Positions 9,115-16,535 of a stretch of DNA of 39,862 nt are shown here, in pieces (the first letter of the stretch is position 1; the number at the start of each line of letters is the position of its first letter). The notes beneath the pieces are model-generated. The model was not told the origin of the DNA. It ran no database searches and worked only from the letters and a program-made list of their open reading frames with translations. The DNA comes from an uncultured Treponemataceae bacterium. GTDB lineage: Bacteria > Spirochaetota > Spirochaetia > Treponematales > Rectinemataceae. A program made the translations under genes and the position numbers. Where the stretch lies: the NCBI GenBank assembly GCA_964654405.1, contig CAZZJJ010000001.1:1-39862 (forward strand), given 5' to 3'.

Positions 9115-10188
9115 ATGGATACCGCCGCTCAAGCTAAGATAGCGTATGATCGATTTGCTGCAGGAACTGTCATTCCCGCCATCCCGCTTGCTTTGGATGA
9201 GCATCGGCATTTTGATGAGCGGCGACAGCGGGCCCTTATCCGGTATTATCTGGATTCAGGAGCGGGCGGCATTGCAGCAGGGGTTCATACTACCCAGTTT
9301 CAGATTCGGGACCCGGAATATAACCTGTTTGAACCGGTGCTTCGGTCGATTTCAGGATTCATCGACGACCATGTAAAAAAAACAGGAAAAGCAGTCATGA
9401 AAATTGGGGGAATTTGCGGCAAAACCGACCAGGCAGTCAGAGAAGCGAAATTTCTTTCGGCAGCAGGATATCACGCAGGTCTGGTCAGCCTCGCCGCAAT
9501 GAAGCATGAAACAATCGGCTCAATGTTAGAACACTGTGAAAGAATTGCCCGAGAGATACCAGTCATTGGCTTCTATTTGCAGCCGCTAGCAGGCGGCGTA
9601 GTGTTGCCGTATGAATTCTGGAAAAAATTCTGCTGCATCGAGAATGTCATTGGAATCAAGATTGCTCCGTTTAATAGATATAAGACGCTTGATGTTGTTC
9701 GAGCTGCTGCGGAATCGGGACGGCAGGGGAAAATAGCACTCTACACTGGCAATGATGATGCGATAGTCTATGATCTAGTTTCTACGTTTCGAATTCCGGT
9801 TGCAGGAGTTGAACACGTTCTTGAGATCAAAGGCGGATTGCTGGGGCAGTGGTCAGTTTGGACAAGCAAGGCTGTAGAAATTTTCGAAACTATCCGTACA
9901 ATCAAAAAGAACAAGGAATCGATTCCAAATTGGCTTTTTCAGTATGCCCAGGGGCTGACCGATGCCAATTCAGCCATTTTTGATGCTGCTCATGATTTTG
10001 CAGGCTGCATCCCCGGTATTCATGAAATTTTGCGCAGGCAGGGCCTTTTGGAAGGCACATGGTGCCTGCGCAAGGAAGAAATTCTAAGTCCTGGTCAGAA
10101 GGAAAATATTGATCGAATATGCGCTGCCTATCCTGAATTGCAGGATAATACATTTATCCAAGAGCATCTGTCATCGTGGCTGGCATGA
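9115..10188 (+). CDS. DapA/NanA-superfamily (class I aldolase-like) protein, long form
   Basis: VIPAIPLALDE...GAGGIAAGVHTTQF, PVIGFYLQP and VIGIKIAPF (candidate Schiff-base Lys) parallel the DapA motifs TPF/GTTGE, LYNVP and GIKD. AAGGAG RBS. Confidence 0.65.
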   Translation: MDTAAQAKIAYDRFAAGTVIPAIPLALDEHRHFDERRQRALIRYYLDSGAGGIAAGVHTTQFQIRDPEYNLFEPVLRSISGFIDDHVKKTGKAVMKIGGICGKTDQAVREAKFLSAAGYHAGLVSLAAMKHETIGSMLEHCERIAREIPVIGFYLQPLAGGVVLPYEFWKKFCCIENVIGIKIAPFNRYKTLDVVRAAAESGRQGKIALYTGNDDAIVYDLVSTFRIPVAGVEHVLEIKGGLLGQWSVWTSKAVEIFETIRTIKKNKESIPNWLFQYAQGLTDANSAIFDAAHDFAGCIPGIHEILRRQGLLEGTWCLRKEEILSPGQKENIDRICAAYPELQDNTFIQEHLSSWLA

Positions 10189-10196
10189 AATTTTCC

Positions 10197-11717
10197 TCAG
10201 GCTGCACGCTTGAGCGAGTTTTTCAGCTTCGCTAGCGCGGTTTTATACCATTTCGCCCGTGTCACTACAATCAGCAAGGTCAGTACAAAGAGAATGAGAC
10301 AGATAGGACGGGTAAAGAACGGCGCAATACTGCCATTTGACAATATGAGAGCTCTCCTGAGATTCTTATCCAGAATATCACCGAGAATGATGCCAAGTAC
10401 AAGCGGAGCCATTGGATAATCCATTTCTCGGAGAATGAAGCCTAATATTCCGAATACCAGCATCACCAGAACATCGAACAGCCTGGCTTGAAGGGCAAAG
10501 GAACCAATAACACACAGCAGGAAAATTACAGGCATCAGCTTCTGCCGTGGAACCATCAGCACTTTAACAAGCGGCCGTACAAGCGAAAGTCCCAAAACGA
10601 ACATCGCAATCGTAGCGAGGAGCACCATCGCGATGACTTCATAGATAAAAGTCGGGAACTCGATCATGATGAGAGGTCCGGGACGAACGCCATGGATCAG
10701 CATCGCGCCTAGCAATACAGCAGCAGGTGCGGAACCCGGGATGGCAAGCGTGAGCACAGGGATTATGGCGCCTGGAACACAGGCATTGTTGCCTGTCTCG
10801 GCAGCGAGCAATCCTTCTATTGAACCCTTTCCAAATTGCTCCTGATCTTCTTTTTTTGCGCTTCGCTTCGCTATGTCATAGGAAACCCATGCTGCAATAT
10901 CTTCACCAACTCCAGGAATTGCTCCAATAAAAGTGCCAATAATGCCTGAGCGCAGAATAGTCTTCCAGTATTTCAATACATCGCGCGGGCGGGGCAAAAC
11001 CCTCGAAATTTTTGTTTTGACAACCTCATAATGCTCGACACGCATGACAGAAATAATTTCAGCAAAACCAAAGGCTCCGACCATCGCCGGGATGAGCGAA
11101 ATGCCTCCAGAGAGATCGGTATTGCCAAAAGAAAAACGCACATAGGCATGGATTCCTTCCATACCGATCATGGCAATAAAGAGACCGAGAAAGCCTGAAA
11201 TCCATCCTTTGAGCGGATCCTTCGGCGCAGTCAGATTGCCGCAGATGATGATGCCAAAGATAGAGAACCAGACAAATTCGAATGATTGAAAGCTCAAGGC
11301 AACTGAGCCGATTAGCGGTGTAAAAATAGCGAGAGCGAGCATTCCGATGACAGAACCAAGAAATGAGCCTGTTGTGGCAATACCGATCGCTTCTCCAGCC
11401 CTTCCTTGCTTTGCAAGCGGGTATCCATCTACTGTTGTTGCAGCGTTCGCTGGTGTACCGGGGATGTTGAGCAGGATGGCGCTTCTGCTGCCGCCATAAA
11501 TAGCTCCGATATACATGCAAATGAGAATGAGAATAGCGTTATTGGGAGCCATGCTGAAGGTAAGGGTTGTGAGCAAAGCTACACCCATGGTAGCTGTCAA
11601 ACCAGGCAGCATCCCGATGATTATGCCAAGCTGTGTCGCCCATAATGCGTCAAATAAAGAGCGAGGATTGAGAAAACCAAGGAGCGCGTTTGAAAACATT
11701 TGCAGGCCTTGTAGCAT
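10197..11717 (-). CDS. tctA: Tripartite tricarboxylate transporter large permease (TctA family)
   Basis: 506-aa polytopic membrane protein with TctA-like blocks (GMLPGLTATMGVALL, IPGTPANAAT, GAIPGVGEDIAAW). AAGGAG RBS. Follows tctC and tctB. Confidence 0.9.
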   Translation of the reverse strand: MLQGLQMFSNALLGFLNPRSLFDALWATQLGIIIGMLPGLTATMGVALLTTLTFSMAPNNAILILICMYIGAIYGGSRSAILLNIPGTPANAATTVDGYPLAKQGRAGEAIGIATTGSFLGSVIGMLALAIFTPLIGSVALSFQSFEFVWFSIFGIIICGNLTAPKDPLKGWISGFLGLFIAMIGMEGIHAYVRFSFGNTDLSGGISLIPAMVGAFGFAEIISVMRVEHYEVVKTKISRVLPRPRDVLKYWKTILRSGIIGTFIGAIPGVGEDIAAWVSYDIAKRSAKKEDQEQFGKGSIEGLLAAETGNNACVPGAIIPVLTLAIPGSAPAAVLLGAMLIHGVRPGPLIMIEFPTFIYEVIAMVLLATIAMFVLGLSLVRPLVKVLMVPRQKLMPVIFLLCVIGSFALQARLFDVLVMLVFGILGFILREMDYPMAPLVLGIILGDILDKNLRRALILSNGSIAPFFTRPICLILFVLTLLIVVTRAKWYKTALAKLKNSLKRAA

Positions 11718-11727
11718 TGATTGCTCC

Positions 11728-12249
11728 TTATGGCAGATTCACGAGGAACACATAACGAAATGTTCCAGCAATTACAGCTGTCGCCACTACTGCGATAATG
11801 AAAGCGATAAAGATTTTCTTTAACTGTGATTGAAAGCTTTTTTGCCAATCAAATTCAAATGCGACAATAAAAAGGAAAATATAGATTACCGTAAGCGCGG
11901 GAAACCAGATTTTCCCGAGCAGCAGCGCATATCCAAGGCAGAGAGCCAGTGTAATTATGATTCTCCGTGTCGCGACATCACGGAAGAAATTAGAAAACGA
12001 TGATTTAGTTGGCAGCAAAGGGAGCCCTGTTTTTTTTATGCGGGCTACAGAACGTATTAGCATGAAAAAACTCAATACTGCGAGCACCGCTCCAATAAAT
12101 GCAGGCACTAGGCCTGGTGCGGAGTAGATAGTTGCCTCTTTTTCCGCCATGGTCGGCATCGAGAGTGAAATCGCTACTATCAGAATACCAAACACGATAA
12201 GGATGATTGAAGCGAAAAAATCGCTCTTCACCATGGTTTTTTCCTGCAT
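11728..12249 (-). CDS. tctB: Tripartite tricarboxylate transporter small permease (TctB family)
   Basis: 173-aa protein with four hydrophobic segments, positioned between the tctC and tctA homologs. GGAGAA RBS. Confidence 0.75.
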   Translation of the reverse strand: MQEKTMVKSDFFASIILIVFGILIVAISLSMPTMAEKEATIYSAPGLVPAFIGAVLAVLSFFMLIRSVARIKKTGLPLLPTKSSFSNFFRDVATRRIIITLALCLGYALLLGKIWFPALTVIYIFLFIVAFEFDWQKSFQSQLKKIFIAFIIAVVATAVIAGTFRYVFLVNLP

Positions 12250-12273
12250 GATGTTTCTCCGAAAGAATTGAGT

Positions 12274-12301
12274 AGGGGCTGCTGGAAAAGCGGCAGCCCC
12301 T
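12274..12301 (-). promoter_or_regulatory. Strong intercistronic stem-loop between tctC and tctB
   Basis: AGGGGCTGC (12274-12282) pairs perfectly with GCAGCCCCT (12293-12301), extendable by 2 bp, with a 6-nt loop. No clear U-tract on the minus strand. Confidence 0.5.
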
Positions 12302-12309
12302 GGTTGCTG

Positions 12310-13323
12310 CTATGGTTTCGGTATTCCAACAGTGTCCGGCGAGACTTTTGCTTTGCCTGCTTCATAATAGAGCCAGGCAACCGGTTGGTAATAGCTGAAA
12401 GCTCGATCTTGAGCTGTCTGTCCGTAGGATGGCGCGAACAATGCGCCGCGGCTGCGCGCGTATTCTTTTATTTTCTGTGAATTGAAAATGATTTTTTCCC
12501 ACAGAGCGCTGACCGTGTCGATCACTTCCTGCGGTACACCCTTTGGAATGAAAATTCCGAAATAATTCGGACCGCTCTTGAAATCCTTAATCCAGTTCGT
12601 GATTGGGGCGATTTCTCCATAACCTTCAAGATAGAGCGGTTTATCGGACAGAACTGCGAGAGGACGGATTTTCTTTCCTCGGATCATGTCTGCCTGTTCA
12701 ACAGCCAGCTGGGTAGTAACCTGCGCTTCTCCGGAAACAGTCGCAATAACTGCCGGGTTGCCGCCATCATAGGTAACGTGTTTGTATTCAATACCTGTGA
12801 ATTTTCTGATCATTTCTATCCCGATATGGCCGGCTGAGCTCTGGCCTGCTGTCGCGACCGCAATCTGTCCCGGTTTGGCCTTGAATGCGGCGAGCAGTTC
12901 ATCGATGGTTTTGTACGGTGTGTTGGCGTTGACTCCGACAATGCTGACATTTGCTACACTCAGGAAAATGTGCCAGTCTGTTCGGATATCGGTATCGAGC
13001 ATGCCTTGCACTTTATAGGTAGCAAGATCCGCAGCCGCACCAGCTGTCCATGTGTAGCCATCCTTTTTAGCGTCAAGCGTATTCTTCGTTCCGACTGAAC
13101 CGGAAGCGCCAGGCTGGTTTACGATGACTATCTTCTGGCCAAGAGCTGTTTCAAGTTCAGCTGCGGTTATGCGGGTAATCTGATCAGTTGAGCCTCCAGC
13201 TCCCCACGGCACGATAATAGTAATCGGCTTATTGGGTTTCCATGTTGCCTGTGCGCTGACACCAACGGTGATTATACACAGTGCGAGAATCGCGATGAGC
13301 AAAGAGCCTGCTGTCCTTCTCAT
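12310..13323 (-). CDS. tctC: Tripartite tricarboxylate transporter substrate-binding protein (TctC/Bug family)
   Basis: Signal peptide (LLIAILALCIITVGVSAQA). Bug-family block IIVPWGAGGSTDQITR. GGAGG RBS. Confidence 0.9.
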   Translation of the reverse strand: MRRTAGSLLIAILALCIITVGVSAQATWKPNKPITIIVPWGAGGSTDQITRITAAELETALGQKIVIVNQPGASGSVGTKNTLDAKKDGYTWTAGAAADLATYKVQGMLDTDIRTDWHIFLSVANVSIVGVNANTPYKTIDELLAAFKAKPGQIAVATAGQSSAGHIGIEMIRKFTGIEYKHVTYDGGNPAVIATVSGEAQVTTQLAVEQADMIRGKKIRPLAVLSDKPLYLEGYGEIAPITNWIKDFKSGPNYFGIFIPKGVPQEVIDTVSALWEKIIFNSQKIKEYARSRGALFAPSYGQTAQDRAFSYYQPVAWLYYEAGKAKVSPDTVGIPKP

Positions 13324-13388
13324 AGAATGCCTCCTTCAAAATACTTAGATAAAAAGAAGTATAGGAGCCGTGAATATTCGCTGTCAAG

Positions 13389-13421
13389 GAAAATATTTAC
13401 CATCTTGAGAAAAATATTTTC
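13389..13421. promoter_or_regulatory. Perfect 10-bp inverted repeat in the divergent tctC / SDR control region (candidate operator)
   Basis: GAAAATATTT (13389-13398) and AAATATTTTC (13412-13421) are exact reverse complements separated by 13 bp. Confidence 0.35.
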
Positions 13422-13441
13422 AACGTGAGCAAGGTGGTTTC

Positions 13442-14302
13442 TTGACAACTGCAGTGCAAGGAAGCATGCTTGATGTCATGGATGGAATGAATACGATGAC
13501 GATAAGTCCGCGGATAGCTCTTGTAACCGGCTCAAGCAGGGGCCTAGGCCGAGGTATTGCATTGGAGCTTTCAAGAAATGGGTATTCCGTAGCAATACAC
13601 TATTCCGAAAACAAGGATGCGGCGTTCGAAACGCTGCGTCTCTGCGGAATAAGCAAAATTAATTCACTGCAGAAGTTTGAAATATTCAAAGCGGACATAT
13701 CAAGCAAAAAAGATCGGCATCGCCTGATCGATGCTGTCCTTGAAGCAATGGGGTCAATCGATGTGCTGGTAAACAATGCCGGCCGCGCGCCGGACAAACG
13801 CGCTGATATCTTGATTGCTTCTGAAGAAAGTTTTGAAAAATTGCTGTCAGTCAACCTGGAGGGGCCATATTTTCTAACACAATATCTTGCGCAGCGGTGG
13901 ATGGAAAAAGCAAGCGATTTTGAAGCAACTCAATCTGAAAAGAATTGCAAAATAATCATCTTTGTAACGTCCATTTCCGCGGAGACAGCTTCAACGGGCA
14001 GAGGAGAATACTGCATTTCGAAAGCCGGACTTGCCATGGCAGCAAAACTTTGGGCTGCGCGGTTGGCAGAATCAGGAGTGCAGGTTTTTGAAATCAGACC
14101 AGGCATCATGGATACCGATATGACGAGAGCCGTGCATGATACCTATGAACTGCGTATCAGCCAGGGGTTGGTCCCGCAAAAGCGGTGGGGAATACCCGAG
14201 GATGTCGGAAAAGCAGTTGCTGCTTTGGCATCAGGGAACTTTGGTTTTTCTACCGGAAGCGTTATCCATGTTGATGGCGGTTTTCATATATCTCGGCTTT
14301 AG
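13442..14302 (+). CDS. Classical SDR family oxidoreductase (FabG/KduD-like)
   Basis: ALVTGSSRGLGRGIA (TGxxxGxG), NNAG, YCISKAG (YxxxK), PGIMDTDM. Start uncertain: TTG 13442, with in-frame ATGs at 13466, 13487 and 13496. Confidence 0.85.
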   Translation: MTTAVQGSMLDVMDGMNTMTISPRIALVTGSSRGLGRGIALELSRNGYSVAIHYSENKDAAFETLRLCGISKINSLQKFEIFKADISSKKDRHRLIDAVLEAMGSIDVLVNNAGRAPDKRADILIASEESFEKLLSVNLEGPYFLTQYLAQRWMEKASDFEATQSEKNCKIIIFVTSISAETASTGRGEYCISKAGLAMAAKLWAARLAESGVQVFEIRPGIMDTDMTRAVHDTYELRISQGLVPQKRWGIPEDVGKAVAALASGNFGFSTGSVIHVDGGFHISRL

Positions 14303-14310
14303 GGGGAGCG

Positions 14311-15717
14311 ATGATTTCAATTTCCTCGAATCATGACTTTTTACATTTAAAAGAAAAAATCCGGCGTTTTTTTGAAATGGCCGGAGTGAAAACATTGAAC
14401 CTGGCCGGACGGTGGGAAGGTATTCAGGGAGCCCCAGTCTATACTGTCAACGGCATCTATACTCAGCGCGGGTGGACAGATTGGACTGAAGGATTTCAAT
14501 ACGGCAATGCGATTCTTGTCTATGAATCAACTCATGATCCCCGGCTTCTCATGTACGCCCGCAGGAAAACCCGTGAAAAAATGGCGATTCATGTCAGCCA
14601 CACAGGAGTTCATGACCATGGATTCAACATCATGAGTACCTACGGGAACCTCCTCAGGCTGTCGCGCACAGGTTTGATAGATGCGGATGCATGGGAGAAA
14701 GAATATTATCTGCTTGCAATCAAACTATCGGGTGCAGTGCAGGCCAGCAGATGGACAAGCCTTCATGAGAAACTAGGTTATATTTACTCGTTCAACGGAC
14801 CTCATTCTCTTTTCGCGGATACAATTCGGTCGCTCAGAGTGCTTGGCGCAAGTCATCTTGCGGGGCATTACCTCAAAGCTGAGCAGGATGAGACAATAAA
14901 TCTTTTAGAACGATTGCTGGCCCATGCCGAAACAACCGCCCGATATATTGTGTTTGAAGGGAAAGGGCGAGATCGCTGGGATGTCAGAGGGCGGGTAGCC
15001 CATGAGGCGATTTTCAACCCGGTGAATGGAAGTTATAGATGCCCTTCTTCTCAGCAAGGCTATTCAGCTTTTACTACATGGACCCGGGCATTGGCATGGA
15101 TCATTCTCGGTTTTGCCGAAGAACTCGAGTTTGTTTCTATGCTTCACGAAGATGCCATTCAATCGCTCGAACTTCCTTTCGTAAAGACAAAGACCGAGAT
15201 TATTCAACGGTTTACGGAGGTCACTCGAGCATGCGCTGATTATTTTATTGAGAACACAGCGCCGAACGGCATCCCGTACTGGGATACCGGAGCTCCGAAT
15301 CTCCATAAGCTGGGCGATTATCTCATAAAAAATCCAGACCCCTATAACCCTTGGGAACCAGTCGATTCATCTGCAGCTGCTATTGCCGCCCAAGGCTTGC
15401 TTCGGCTTGGACTGTTTTTAAAAGAGCGGCAGCTTGCTGACGCTGAAAAATATCTTGGATGTGCAATCACCATATCACAAACCTTGTTCTCCGATGAATA
15501 TCTATCCTTGGATGAACAGCATGAAGGATTGCTCCTGCATGCGGTGTATCATGTTCCCAACAATTGGGACAACCCATCGAGCAAATCCTCTTTGCCAGCT
15601 GGCGAATCTTGCATGTGGGGAGATTATCATATTCTGGAACTGGCTCGATGTATTCAACAGATGAATTCCGGCATCAATCCATCACGCTTTTTTGATGGCA
15701 TTTTGGAGGCGGACTGA
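14311..15717 (+). CDS. GH88-like (unsaturated glucuronyl hydrolase family) alpha/alpha-barrel protein
   Basis: WTDWTEGFQYGNAIL, GVHDHGFN and ESCMWGDYHILELA resemble the WxxGFWxG, HDxGF (catalytic Asp) and DYYFLEA signatures I recall for GH88/GH105. GGGGGAG RBS. The protein is longer than the roughly 380-aa enzymes I remember. Confidence 0.6.
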   Translation: MISISSNHDFLHLKEKIRRFFEMAGVKTLNLAGRWEGIQGAPVYTVNGIYTQRGWTDWTEGFQYGNAILVYESTHDPRLLMYARRKTREKMAIHVSHTGVHDHGFNIMSTYGNLLRLSRTGLIDADAWEKEYYLLAIKLSGAVQASRWTSLHEKLGYIYSFNGPHSLFADTIRSLRVLGASHLAGHYLKAEQDETINLLERLLAHAETTARYIVFEGKGRDRWDVRGRVAHEAIFNPVNGSYRCPSSQQGYSAFTTWTRALAWIILGFAEELEFVSMLHEDAIQSLELPFVKTKTEIIQRFTEVTRACADYFIENTAPNGIPYWDTGAPNLHKLGDYLIKNPDPYNPWEPVDSSAAAIAAQGLLRLGLFLKERQLADAEKYLGCAITISQTLFSDEYLSLDEQHEGLLLHAVYHVPNNWDNPSSKSSLPAGESCMWGDYHILELARCIQQMNSGINPSRFFDGILEAD

Positions 15718-16535
15718 TGCGCGATCTTGCAGATATGGCTATCCACACAATAACAACGAAGCCTTGGAAGCTTGATACTGCATTGGAGAAATACGCACAA
15801 GCTGGCATTACGGGTGTCTCTGTATGGAAGGAATCGCTGGAAGGCTTTACGCTGCCGGAAGCCCGCTCATTGCTTGAAACTTCTGGGCTGAAAGTTGTCT
15901 CGTTGGTTCGCGGAGGGTTTTTCCCTGCGTCCAGCCTGGCTCAACGGATGAAAAAGGTTGAAGAAAACAAGCAGCTTATCGATACTGCGACAGCGATTGG
16001 CGCTCCTCTGATAGTATTAGTTTGCGGAGCTGATCCCGGTATTCCGCTCCAGGAGGCGCGAAAGCAGATAGAAGAAGGCATTGCCCAGATTCTTCCTTAT
16101 GCAGAAGATAAGCATATAAAGCTTGCCATTGAGCCGCTGCATCCCATGTATGCTGATGCACGCAGTGCCATCGTAACAATCAGGCAGGCGCATGAGCTGT
16201 GTATTAAATTCGATAGCAAAAGCCTTGGTATTGCCGTGGATGTGTATCATGTTTGGTGGGATCCAGATCTCGAATACCAGATTGAGAAGGCTGGAGAATC
16301 AAATTCGATTTTCGCCTTTCACGTCTGTGACTGGAAGACACCTACATTGGACATGTTGAATGATCGCGGGCTCATGGGAGAAGGGTGCATCCCAATCCGA
16401 ACTATCAGACAGTGGGTCCAAAAAGCCGGCTTCTCCGGATTCAATGAAGTGGAAATCTTTTCAAACCGTTATTGGAGCATGGATCAAGATCAGTATTTGT
16501 CAATGATAGTCAAAGCTTATGAGGAGCATGTATGA
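15717..16535 (+). CDS. Sugar phosphate isomerase/epimerase, xylose-isomerase-like TIM barrel
   Basis: AIEPLHPMY, VDVYHVWWD, FHVCDW, EVEIFS ligand-like pattern. TGATG overlap with the upstream gene. GGAGG RBS. Confidence 0.8.
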   Translation: MRDLADMAIHTITTKPWKLDTALEKYAQAGITGVSVWKESLEGFTLPEARSLLETSGLKVVSLVRGGFFPASSLAQRMKKVEENKQLIDTATAIGAPLIVLVCGADPGIPLQEARKQIEEGIAQILPYAEDKHIKLAIEPLHPMYADARSAIVTIRQAHELCIKFDSKSLGIAVDVYHVWWDPDLEYQIEKAGESNSIFAFHVCDWKTPTLDMLNDRGLMGEGCIPIRTIRQWVQKAGFSGFNEVEIFSNRYWSMDQDQYLSMIVKAYEEHV

